Source: Botryllus schlosseri
Taxonomy: Eukaryota
Direction: 5' to 3'
Assembly: GCA_051294905.1 (NCBI GenBank)
Contig: CM119371.1
Location: 28,584,001 to 28,648,000 of the forward strand
DNA length: 64,000 nucleotides
Shown here: positions 49,303 through 61,457 of the stretch, in pieces
Numbering within the stretch: the first letter of the stretch is position 1
Layout of the letters: each line of letters opens with the position of its first letter
The notes under the pieces: model-generated
The model's input: the letters and a program-made list of their open reading frames with translations, nothing else
Told to the model about the DNA's origin: nothing
Database searches by the model: none
Position numbers and translations under genes: made by a program

Positions 49303-50122
49303 CGTTATGCGAAAAATACTTGGTTATTAAATACCGATTTTCCGCACTAAGCTTGTCGAGCAACATTAGCAGCGCTAGCAGGATGAGCTTCGAGTTCAAC
49401 CGCCACGGATGATCGACTACGCATTACCCATTGAGAAAAATTATCAGTCACTCAGCAAATTGCGGATTTGGTCGTGTACTGCTAATAATAATCGTCACAT
49501 TATATTTCATCTGCCCAAGACACACGCACACAATGTACAATGCGATACAAAAGAGAACTGCACTTGGTATCAGATTTTCAGGAGATTGATGAATTTACTT
49601 CGCAGATCACACTGAATAAATACCAGTCAGCGCTGATAGTGAGATTCTACTCATTCAGTCTACACTCTGCACATCTCTTCTGATATCGCCCAGGCCCAGT
49701 TGGGTGTCTGATTTCAAAGACTATACGTCAAGTCGTTTCGACGACTTCCCATCTTTCATTGTATCACAAGGCCCATTTACATGACGGTTTAAGTCAGCTT
49801 CGAAGCTGACTCGTCGATCCGACTCTCTCGTATTCGATGAAGAGAGAAAGGCAAACTGCTTCAAGTCGACTCTAGCCTCAAGCTGTCGTGTAATGTGGTT
49901 TACGATCGGCTTGAGTATTCGGCGTCCGGCGACTTTCGTTCAACGGCGCTGGTTTTTGCCGCGCGGGCTTTTGGCATCGTAAGTCATGCTTTTCATCTCT
50001 TGTTGAGAAATTGGGCAAACATGGCAAGGAAAGGTGGGGTTACTTTGTAAGTGCTCGCTTGTTTACGGTGGATTGCATGTAATACACAAGTACCGGTGTA
50101 GCAACCGTGCTCTGTTATTTTA

Positions 50123-50227
50123 TTAGCGATTCCCTATGTGTTCTTTGATATTTGGCTGCGACGCTTCGATCTGTTAGCGATTCCCTATGTGTTCTTTGAT
50201 ATTTGGCTGCGACGCTTCGATCTGTTA
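50123..50227. repeat. Exact 51-bp tandem duplication
   Basis: TTAGCGATTCCCTATGTG...CTTCGATCTG occurs twice in tandem. Confidence 0.92.
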
Positions 50228-53200
50228 ATGTCATCAGTTACATAAAATGGCAAACAAGTTAAAACGTTACATCTGTATTTCTACTTCTCAGACTACAGTT
50301 CGGAAGATATGTGGATTGTACCGGTATATACATCAATTCGACTACGACATGCATATGCAATGCATAGTAAACCGATTGAAGAAACGGCTGCGCAGTGTGC
50401 TACATCGATACGGGAATACATGAACGATTGCTGCATTTCGTACATAACTGTTCTACTGGCTAAACTGATGTGAGCGGGCGTGTGATGGGATGGAGCTGAT
50501 GTCTCTCCCGGGAGGATGATATGGAGATTTGTGATTCTCTTGGTGATGATGAGGCGCAGCGGTGTTGGGATTATTGCTTTGTTTTAGTTCTGGGTTGTAG
50601 TGGTCTGCTGACAGTTTTTATAGACATTCTTGGTATTGTTAACTTCCTATTTGGTATATCATGCCGACAAGATGCTTTAATAAAGTCTCTGCAGTAGTTG
50701 ATGTATCGTGACTCTTGAGTCACCCTCATACATGGGGTAGTCTGTTACAGAGGACAGGCCGAACAACTAGAGCCCACATAAGGTTTGCAATTGGGTCACT
50801 TGAGTGGTAATGACCTTGTTTTAATCGCATCGACAAGTGATGACTGAAATATCAAAACAGTCGTTACTCCCGCCTACTTCACGGCTCATCTTCGTTGACG
50901 CCGAAAAAGCTAGCTGATAACTTATAGGCTACCGTACTTGTTGTTTTCCTCAACAATCATGATATGAACAAGATTATTTTCCTCTACATCTATCGATATT
51001 ACGAGTATCTCATCATCCTCGTAAATTTCGAGGATAAGAAACGTTTCAGAGTACGACCAAACACAAATTGTCGTTGTACCTTTGCCCACCAGAATATATA
51101 TTTGTAAGGGGTAAAGCGGTCGTCCACGATACAGCTTCCTGAAGGATCATGTAAACAGGGCCCTTTTACGAGTCAGCTCGGAGATGAGACGTGACGTCAC
51201 CGGAGACGACTTGAACGCCAAGTCGAGTCGAACATGCAACCATGCAGGCCTACAGTCTTGTGGTGTATTGAAATAATGAAAATTGTAGCAATAAATTGAA
51301 TTGAATTTAATATAGAGCAGTCTGTGCATCACTAAATATTGCAAATTGTTCGGTTATAAGTTTCGCGTGAATTCAATGAATTGCGCTTCGTGAAATTGCT
51401 ACCTAGCCGAATGGCGTCGCGATTTCATTTTCAGAAATGTCCATGTTGAATTCTGTTCACCTATAAAACCGCAGAGCAATGTTAGATACCGCAATATACA
51501 CAGTTCGCCTCCAGTCAGTTCAATTCTACTTCATAACTGTTGCCGCAGAAAACCGACTCCATACAAGCAGGGCCGTAACAGCACTTCGTCAGCCCCCCTC
51601 AAAACGTTGTCTTGGGCCCCCACTAGGGTGATTAACTATACTTCTGGGGGGCATCGCCCCCAGACCCTCTCAGGCTGGTGGCCCTTTACCGTTCCTTATA
51701 ATATATATTGGGTGTCCGTTTATTAGTCAGTAGCTTAACTGGCCGCGCGAGGCGCGAAAAATTTATATAAAGGATGATTGAGCCGGTCAATATGATCGAG
51801 AATTGCATATATATTGCTATCAATTTTTATCTTCTCTCTGCTCACGTAATCAGATTTACCGGTATAGCTGAGTGAGGTGTGTTTGAAATGGTGAGACAAC
51901 TCAATAATAAATAAATATCTTCGGGCGTATACCTGTTGGCAGGAACAAAACAGCACCTCGTCAGGCCCCCAAAAAACTTGGGTCTTGGGCTCCCATGGTG
52001 ATAAACCGACCCCCTCCCATCCCGTTGTTCGCTTTTACCACAAAACTATTGGTACTATTTAGTGAGCACGAGCGAAGTGCGAAAATTTTCAATAATTCAT
52101 AATAAAATCGGTCAATAAGATCGGAAATTGCATATATATTGCTTTCAATTTCTTGACATCTCTGCTCGCGTAATCAGATTTACCGGTATAGCTGAGTGAG
52201 GTGTCTTGGAAACTGTAGGGCCCGTACTTAATAATTAAACATCTTCGAGCGGGCGGACCCGTTGGTGTATGACTTTGTTACATGATGTTGTTTCGTGACC
52301 GCCAGTCAGCTGTATCAAAATATATATAGAATCGCATTAACGTACTAAACTAAAAGACGCACACGATTTCAAATTGCTATTTCTTCACTGGCATATACCT
52401 TTTCCCTGCGGGATGGTATTTGTCTTGTGAGGTTCAGATTGCCAAGACAGGAACATTCGGTGCCAGTCAGGCGCCTATGGACAATTAAACCTATATGTAT
52501 CAGCATAAGCGCAGTCCTTTCGCTGCCGATCGTTCTGGCACACTTCTTGGAGCCGCATGTTACATGGCATAAAAATTTATATGTTCTGGTGCGTCGTGGC
52601 GCGGTAATGGCCAACGCCGATATGCCCATTTCTATAAATCTGGCGTATTTTTTCTTGGGTGAAGAGTTCACAGTATTCAAGATATATCAATTTAGGTAAG
52701 CCTAAATTAAGATATATGTCAATATTGCGCCAGCAGTAGTCACGAAACCAGAGTTGGAAAACTATAGAATTTTCAGCTTTTCCAAATTAGATTATAACTA
52801 AAATAAGAGCTACGAATTTTTTTTTAAATTAGTTTATAATTAGAATAATAGTCCCATAATATTTTCTTAATTAGATTGGAATTAGAATGATTGCATTCGC
52901 GAAAATTTGGATATTGAATCAGGTTCAGTTCATATCAAATCAGAGTTCAATGGCATAAGCTTGAGAATGTCAAATGTCTGTATAGTGAGCTTCGCTCGTT
53001 TCACACGATACAGTCCTGTAATATTTTCGGGAAAACCATAAATTATACTACTATTAAAATGAGAGCACGGAGACATTTCGCAAATCAGATTCGAATTCGC
53101 AGACACGCAGTAGCCACAGGCTCAAGTAACGTAATAAGTCACCATACATATCCACAATTGAAGGTAGGTTTATAGATGGTAAATACATAACAGATACATG

Positions 53201-53240
53201 CATTTATATATAGGAATCAAGCCCCTTGTTTGCCGCATAG

Positions 53241-53804
53241 CAGACTTGGACAACTAGATATTTCTAATTCTAATTACTGTCTTCATGAAAATGCCTCTTT
53301 GTCCGAGGCATATTGCACTGTTGCGGTGAGTTAACAAGAATATCCCTCTTGCGCTGGGAAATCCAGTGCCAAGCCGCCATCCCCTTACTTACACTATAGA
53401 TAACTAACCTACGGATAGATACGCAACACCCGCAGTCACGCTTGCTTGCCCGGATGAAATTACTGCTCAGCAATCTGAACGCATCATAATTGCTAATGCC
53501 ATAGCTGACGACCCGTGCGCTTAAATTCAATAAAGTTGATCTTATTTGAAAGCTATACTGTCGCTCTGATTCTGAAAATATACATTAAAATCCAATCAGG
53601 GCACTGGAACTCCCTTGAAATACACCTCAAAGTCTGAATATCGGCATTTTTTTGAACAATCGTAGCGACGCAGCGCAATGACCATAACAAAAGCTTGGTT
53701 TACAGAAGTTACCGTAACCATTCTCATGTGGAAAACTGTGGAGATCTAATTCTAATTCTAATCTACTTCAGAAAAGCTGAAAATTTTCTAGTTGTCCAAG
53801 TCTG
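53241..53804. mobile_element. hAT non-autonomous element (AATTAG-rich family)
   Basis: CAGACTTGGACAACTAG...CTAGTTGTCCAAGTCTG; perfect TSD CCGCATAG; relatives at 8340-9580, 35290-35569 and 52750-53020. Confidence 0.9.
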
Positions 53805-54403
53805 CCGCATAGCAATACATAGCAGTTGTGAACATTTCATGGTGATGAGGGAAACGATTCGCGAGATGGTGCTTTTGAGGTCAAACCAAAAAGCTAATAC
53901 CAGTTCACGACCACTGAAATCAGAAACAAGTTTGCACCAGCCTTCATTTCATTGAGCTTGTAGCCAGCAGTGGTGGCTTTGGGGGTGGGGCGAGGTGGGC
54001 GGTCGCCCGCCCCCCTCTAGTCGAAGGGCCCCCCTATTTGGATTCAAAGATAATAACAAATAAACATGGAAATCCGTGTACCAAGCAAGAATATGATTCC
54101 GTACAGATGTGTCAATCATCATCAAATCTCTGCATTTGTTAGAAAAGTCCCGTATCCCGATAATCATCACGTCTCTGCATGCGGTAGAATTACTTAGTTT
54201 TGATGTAGTCTATCCTTGCACACATGCAATAATATACAAGTTACGGTTAGATGCTTATTGCCCCCCCCCCCGGTAAGTCTCGCCCAGGGCCCCCCGTTCT
54301 TAGGGCCACCACTGCTTGTAGCACATTGTAAAGCAGTGGCAGGCAACTTCTCCAGTCGTCGGGCCGAATATAGGAAAAGTAAGTAGGCTTACATGGCGGG
54401 CTG

Positions 54404-54690
54404 TTTTGTTTGTTTGTTTGTTTTGGGGTATTCACGGTGTTTGTCGACTACTATGGTCATTTACACCAGGCCGATATTCTTTTTATTTTCCGTAACTGCC
54501 GACTTATAGCACGGCCCACCTCTAGGTTTTTGTAAGACACCGCTGACGCGGATGAGGTGGCGAGGAGGAGCCTAGGTAAACCTCCAACACTTAGGTATCG
54601 GAACTCGGAAGTCGACCTCGGTCGGACTCGAACCCGCACCCATTGGTGTTGCAGCCGCGGATTATACCACTGCGCTATCTCGCCACTGCC
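54404..54690 (-). mobile_element. Full-length tRNA-derived SINE
   Basis: A box TAGCGCAGTGG, B box GGTTCGAGTCC, (AAAC)n tail and a perfect 13-bp TSD ACATGGCGGGCTG (54391-54403 and 54691-54703). Confidence 0.92.
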
Positions 54691-54991
54691 ACATGGCGGG
54701 CTGAATCGATACATTATCCGACCATTTATCCACATATACAAGAAATAAATCGTATTTAATGAATGTATTTAAACGGCAGTAATGTCACTTGAAAGCCATT
54801 TCTCGTCGATAATGACGAAGACAATGTGGATTTGAGATCGGTATTGTCATACAGCCACCACCATGTCTGCTTCTCTCTGATCAATTAACACACGGCGCAA
54901 TCCTTAATTAAGATTTCAAGGCGTACGACAAGCCCGGTACCATAAATTTACCAACCTATCAATTCATTAGGGTTGAGTACATCGTAAATAC

Positions 54992-55558
54992 CAGGGTTGT
55001 AACCAAGTCACAAGGCTCCGAGTCACAAGTCAATTTCACTTTTATAATTTTGACTCGAGTCAAGTCGAGTCATTTTCAACTCACCACCGAGTCAAGTCCG
55101 AGTCCAAGTCATCGATCAGAGGGTCGAGTCCGAGTCATGGTATTATGACTCGAGTCGAGTCCAAGTCAATACGTTGACTTCTCAGTTCCAGCTAAAATCT
55201 TGTTAAACTCACTTTTTATAACTCTGTTTGTTGATTTTGAATGGTTCGCATTTATAATATAGTAATTTTCCTCACTTTTACCAGGTTCTGATCGCATTCT
55301 CACGTGCTAGTACCAATAAACGAAGTCCCAATAGGGTGGTTACTTTATTATTCTTCGAAATTACGATAAAATATCGGTCTTGGCCGTCTGCGTCTCGAGT
55401 CATATGACTTGGTTCGAGTCATGCGCAATGACTCGAGTCCAAGTCGAGTCAATACACAGATTGACTCGAGTCGAGTCGAGTCATTTTCGTATTTTGAAAA
55501 AATGACTCGAGTCATGTCGAGTCATCAGAAAATCGTGACTCGAGTCATTACAACCCTG
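54992..55558. mobile_element. hAT MITE family A
   Basis: Both TIRs; perfect 8-bp TSD GTAAATAC. Confidence 0.93.
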
Positions 55559-55895
55559 GTAAATACCGATAATGCAAGTCTTCTTGCTTCGACGAGATCC
55601 ACTCTTGCATGCTGCGCAAACTCGTATGGAATTACATACAGTAACGAAAATTTGACGTAGTAAGCAAGCAGTAGGAAATCTCAGCAGACTGGGCCGTGGG
55701 TCACATTATCATGTAAAATGTGAGGTAAGACACAGGTGACACACAGACGGACGAGCCTCACCTGCCACATAGCGAAAATCATCGCGAATAGCTTAGAATT
55801 TATAATCATCGAATGTAATTGTCTCACTGATTCCGAAAATCTAAATATTGATAAACTCCACAAGAAGCCTATTCGGACTGACATAGCGTTTATAT

Positions 55896-57312
55896 CAGAG
55901 GTCTCAAACTCGCGGCCCGCGAGACCATTTTGTGGGGCCCGCGACGGCATTTTGGATTTCGAAGTATTTTTCGACAATTTTCAACTACCAATTTCTTTTT
56001 AATTTTGAGAACTTAAAATTCGCTCTGAAACTACTCCAGAAGCCTGAAACTACTCATCAAACTTCAATATTACATCGCGTTCAAAAGTTACCATGCAGTG
56101 GAAGATCAACAATTACGTGACATTATACCTCTTCATGATCATAAAACATGACCCGTTGATGATTCGTGACTGAAAATTGTGATTTGGGGCCGCGACCTTC
56201 CGTAGAATTACTTGTACTCGTCGCGACAAACGTTACAATCAGAGGAGGAATTTTTGTGACTCTCAAATACATGTTTGTGCTACCGCGAGAATAATTATTC
56301 TGGCCGTTACGAAAATTTACTAACAATAAGCTCCTGCATGGTATATTGATAAATTAAATACTAAATTTTTAAAAAATCGTCAAAGAGCCATATCTTATAC
56401 CCATATGAGCCAAAGGCTCATAACCCCTGATACATGCGATGGAGTTGTTGTACCCTCGGTTCTGAGAAAACCTATATGTGATACCCTTCACTCTGCTCAC
56501 CAAGGCATCAATGCCATGTCACAGAGAATGCAGGCCTTTGTTATCTTACCCGGTAATCTATTCTCCTCTCTCTCCCTCTTTCTTTCTCTCTCTCTCTCTA
56601 TCTGTCCCTCTCTATCTCTCACCCCTCTCTCTTTATTTTTGTAATTCACTTTTTCCCGTGTAGTGAATCAGTAGTCCACATTCTGGGTAATCGGTCACCC
56701 TTCCTGTGCAACCCTATACCTATTTTCTCAGGCCTGGAGCCGTTATTGGAATGGATTTACTCGTCATTGGTAGGGTATTAGGGTACAATGGCCGAGGTGA
56801 TTTGAATCCACGTCTACCATATCAATGCTCTAACCCTAACATTCCATGCAGGAAGAATTAGCTGATATGAATGAGCGAATGAGCATATATTGCTCACGTG
56901 CAATGGCCCAGACACGGCCAAGACCAGGAGGGTGCTTGGAAACGACTTGACGCTTCTTAACAGGAGCAAGCTTTAACAAGAGTTAGTTTCCTGCAAAAAA
57001 ACGTGTATAGCTAATCCCTATATCGATTCTTTAGTCCATTAAAAGTGTTATCAGGTGCGCTGCTCATATAGTTAAAAATATAATGAAACGGGTGATCATG
57101 ATATTTTCTGTTGTATTCCTATATTTTGAAAATAAGTCATTTCTTTTGTGGTAACTAGGCCAGTCGTCCATGTTAGAGAGTACAACATTGTACCGACGTA
57201 AAGTTTTAAGAAATGTGTGGCCTATTTTATCGCGATATTGAATTGATGCGGCCCGCGGCCTCTATGAAATTTGAAAAGTGGTCCGCGACCAGTTTTGAGT
57301 TTCCGACCCGTG
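55896..57312. mobile_element. Charlie-like hAT element ends (GCGGCCCGCG motifs)
   Basis: CAGAGGTCTCAAACTC start and a degenerate GAGTTTCCGACCCGTG end; no clear TSD. Confidence 0.55.
56438..56554 (+). mobile_element. Gypsy-type LTR retrotransposon pol fragment (integrase zinc-binding region)
   Basis: DGVVVPSVLRKPICDTLHSAHQGINAMSQRMQAFVILPG resembles the typical VVIP..LR..VL..LH.AHQG...M..RAR..V.WPG motif. Confidence 0.78.
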
Positions 57313-58316
57313 CCCTATAATATACTGTCAAGATGTTTCAAGATTAATATAAGCTTTCGGCATTGCCTATACCGACGCAAGCAACTTCAAATCGCATGTT
57401 TATCGCTTTCTTTTCGGTTTCTTCTATTAGCTCTTTCAGTGAGTATGCTTACCTATATTTTTGTACAAGTTGGGTCTCTGATGAAAGACCGGTTCAAGAT
57501 CGTTTCGGAAGCTTTCTGTATCTTCTTCTTATCGCAGTCTTCTGGTGTTTCAAATTGATGAAATTATTTATAAAATTGACACTCTGATACTGACCTCAAT
57601 ATTGACTCAATAAACTTCATGAACCCGCCAAGCACACGGACCGGGTTCGATTCCCGTCGGAGGTTTATCTGGCTCCTCTTCCCCTACCGTTGTCGTTCTT
57701 ACGGCGACAAAAAAGCCCAGAAAAAGCCCGACGAAGAAAGCACTCACCAGGAATGGAAAGAACTAGTAGAAAGGGCCGCGGCTTCAAAAAAGATCGATAT
57801 CGAAAAGAACTGTGATATAGTGTTGCCAACTCCGGATGGAAGAAAATCGCTAAAACTGGTGTTAAAAATCGCTAGATGTCGCTAAATATTGAAAAAAAAT
57901 CGCTAAAAAAATCGCTAGATCTGCATTGATTCCTAAAGGTGTTAAATTGAACCAGAATATCAATATATTCTTCTCAGCTATATTTTACTCGTCTGGGACC
58001 AAAGTCACTTATCTTATTTCTTCATATTACGTTAGAGTCACCTCTAAGTGGGGCAAAACGTGCGGTGCATTTCGATAAAGCAGATCGCTCTGCGTGACCA
58101 GGTTTGCAGGCTTAACCGCTCACTATATCAGCGTGACACGAACTGTCGTTGTACGGGAATTTGAGGTCAAAAGCCTCCTAGATATACAATTAATCAGGTT
58201 TATTAATATTTTCATCGTTTCAAAACATCACAAGACTGCGATACAATGAAAAGATAGGAAGGTATCGAAACAACCTAGAGTAGCCTTTAAGATCAGACAC
58301 CCACCTTAGCCTAGGC

Positions 58317-59037
58317 CAGGGCCGGCCAACCCGTGGCCCGCGGGCCACATGTGGCCCGCGAGAAGGTTTTGAGTCGCCCGCGAGGTAATTTCCGAACTTG
58401 GTAATGTTATAAAAATTGAATTGCACAGATTGTGAACTTACAAGGCCAACCAAAAATTTGATTAGTCTCGCCGCAACACTTGAGATGTGATTACTAAAAT
58501 ATCGGTTACAACGCATTGGCATTTCCATGAGGCAGTCACACTTTGGTAGATCTTCGTACACTACAAAGCAGAATAATTTGCGATAAATTTATCAAAAGTA
58601 AATATTTTCTACACGCTTCGCGCAACATGTAGTCATTCGATTTCTTGCTTTTAATATTATTACCCCTTTTTGAAAATGAATGAACGCCTAATGTATCAGA
58701 TTGAGTCTAACTATATTCTCGATTACGAGACAAAGAGTCGTTCAACATATGCGACCTAGCGTTTGCGCTCGCAGAAAGACCGTCGACTATGAAACCCAGG
58801 CACAAAATGATTGACGCATGTTGGTCGAAGCTTTCGAAATTGATATGTCCAGGCGCTGAATAGTCCAGTCCTGGCAATCTGAGCCCAGCGATATACTGCA
58901 GGCCCGCAATATAGTCAAGTGACAATATTATTGAGCTATGAACTTCGAAAAATTTTCGCGCTTCGCGCGGCTAGTGGCCCGCGCAATATTTCGGCGTTCG
59001 AATGTGGCCCCTTGGCTGAAAAGGTTGGCCAGCCCTG
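58317..59037. mobile_element. hAT (Charlie-like) MITE nested in 57818-60270
   Basis: CAGGGCCGGCCAACC...GGTTGGCCAGCCCTG; perfect TSD GCCTAGGC. Confidence 0.92.
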
Positions 59038-59372
59038 GCCTAGGCGAAGTAAATAGGAGGCATGCACATCGCACACTCAATGAAAAGTAATGCAGAGAAT
59101 ATAAGACGCAAGCGACAAAATGAGGCGGCATGTGGCGGAGGGCGATGTCGATGTTAGGTCGTGGTTCGGTAATCCTGAAGGCAAGTGTCTTTCGCGGTGC
59201 GTCCCTGAATACGTGATAAACTTTGGAAAGGCGTCTGACTTTTCTAAACTGTGTTCGAGTACTTGAACACGACATGCGACTGGACACACTTGTCCGCGAC
59301 ATGCGACTTGACCCGACACAACACGACTTTACCCCGGTTTGAACTATACTAGCGACACCACTATAACTAGCG

Positions 59373-59636
59373 AGAGAGAGAGAGAGAGAGATATGGTATT
59401 CTTTTTCGCCTGCACCATCGAGATGCTTTGACGACGGAGATGCGATACGGCCTTATAGTAAGGTCATCTAGTCTGCAGCCCCGTTTTTTATCCTCCATGC
59501 TATCAGTGATTGCTGAGCGCCTAGCAGGATAGCCGTGGATACCAGTTTATCGAGTCTTTGGTCTGACCCGGCCGGGGATCGAACCCACGACCTACCGATT
59601 GAGAAGCCGGACGCAGAACCATGACACTATCTCGCT
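59373..59636 (-). mobile_element. tRNA-derived SINE (second family)
   Basis: A-box-like TAGTGTCATGG, B box GGTTCGATCCC, then GGTCAGACCAAAGAC core and a (CT)n tail; a fragment of the same family lies at ~17470-17560. Confidence 0.82.
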
Positions 59637-61457
59637 CGACAAGCACTTAAGAAAATAATCCGAGGACCAACCCACTAACTACATATCACTTTACTTATAG
59701 CGGCTGGCCATCAAATTATTTTACTATTTCCCTATCCACCCAGCTCATGTATCATTTATTAGGTATGAAATTTCCCCGCAAACTTCTAATAAAAGATGTT
59801 TAATTCTGTTATCCAACAGCGCGTTTTTTGGAGGGGGAGGGGGTATGGATATTCAAATACTCTTCCCCTGGCGGACTCATTAACTAGCGTAAAAGTCAAA
59901 TGTCCGCGACAAAATTCTTTATATTTATTCTTTCATCTGACGTTCATATCTTAATGCACGCTGCCATATCGCTGATCAGTGAAGCTTGACGGCGCTGCGG
60001 TGCGTGGATTAATATCTAAAATCTATATATTTATATGCTCAGTGGTTGTATATCATCGACGTCCGCACTCTGGTGGCCGGTATATCCAATACCATCGTCG
60101 GCCAGATTTGATATTTATCAGATATTTTCGGTAAAAAAGCGCTAAAAAATCGCTAAATAATTTTAAAATATCGCTAGATTTATCGCTAGGCGCTAGATCC
60201 ATACTTTTGGCGCTAAACCGGATGAAAAATCGCTAGATCTAGCGCGAAAATCGCTAAATTGGCAACACTGCTGTGATATCGGGCAATCTAGGCCGAGGTG
60301 GATGTTAGAGTAAAGGATCGCTACTGATGCGTGTCGTTCGAGGCCTGTTCATGATATCCATTGTGTCTTATCGCATTGTACATTGTGTGTGATTTGTTCA
60401 GATGAAAAATATAACCCAACGATGTTATGTTCTCTTGTGCACGAGGACACGCATGTAGCGCAGGGATAGGCCTACACCACCGGGAAAGAATTGACCCACT
60501 TGTTTATGGATTTACAGGAATGTTGGCGTCGTCCGACGAAAATATTGAGAAGTCTGAGCATTGAAAGTTTCCTGAGGCTCAGTTACAGTCGTTACATTGA
60601 AAAGTGTAGTAGTCGGAGTCGAATCCGTCGCATAGCGAACATTACTCGGGCTATTTAGAAAGCTTTTTTATTTACAAATTTTGCTTGATACCAGAATATA
60701 TTGTTAGGTTGCCTAAAAAGCGATACACGATGACACGATGTACTTCGGCATGACCAAACAGCATAAGTTCTAGGCTTCCCTGAACGGATGGGGAAGCATT
60801 TTTCAAGCGCTTTATCTTGGGAGGTGCCTGTGATAGCAATCAACCAATCAGTCAATTAATCTTGTATTTCGACTTGAATGTGGACCAGAGATGGCCGCAG
60901 TCCGGTTCAGGAGCCGGAGCCGGAGCAGGATTTTGATGAATTTTACTGTGGCCGGATCGGAGCCGGATTCTGAAACTGCCATATGAGCCGGATTTAAACA
61001 GGATCTGATATTCATAACAAATATTGGGTGATAAAGGTTCAAGATATCTTATATTCAATGAAAAAATCTGCTTCGATATTATTTCCGTAGTTAAATTATA
61101 GAGTATGACTGGAGTGACGACTCGATTGTTCTCCCATTGTTAGCCGGCAGAATGGCCACGGTCAGATGGATGCACCCAAAAACCAGAGTGAAGTTATCAC
61201 ACAAAATTCTATCACACAAATCGAAGGGTACCTACTAAATGTGACATATAACAACATGAACGGTTGTATCACCAAAATGATGTAACAATGGCGTATCCGG
61301 ATATTGTATCCGGATTTGGACACTGACACATGATAAAACGTATATACAACTCTGTCCATACCAAATTTTATGCGGATCTGTCGCGTAAAACATGTCCAAA
61401 ACAGACAACTATGATTTATTGCAAGTATTATTTCAACCAAATACAATACGCAAGAAG

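Larger units (their letters stand above)
57818..60270. mobile_element. hAT non-autonomous element with nested insertions
   Basis: TAGTGTTGCCAA...TTGGCAACACTG; perfect TSD CTGTGATA; ATCGCTA subterminal repeats at both ends. Confidence 0.9.

Noticed and set aside
50021..50052. Possible divergent first exon ATGGCAAGGAAAGGTGGGGTTACTTT|GTAAGT on the plus strand
   Set aside because: I found no downstream plus-strand exons or homology in 50050-61400
54600..54690. tRNA gene
   Set aside because: The acceptor stem does not close, and it is followed by a body, a tail and TSDs, so it is a SINE head
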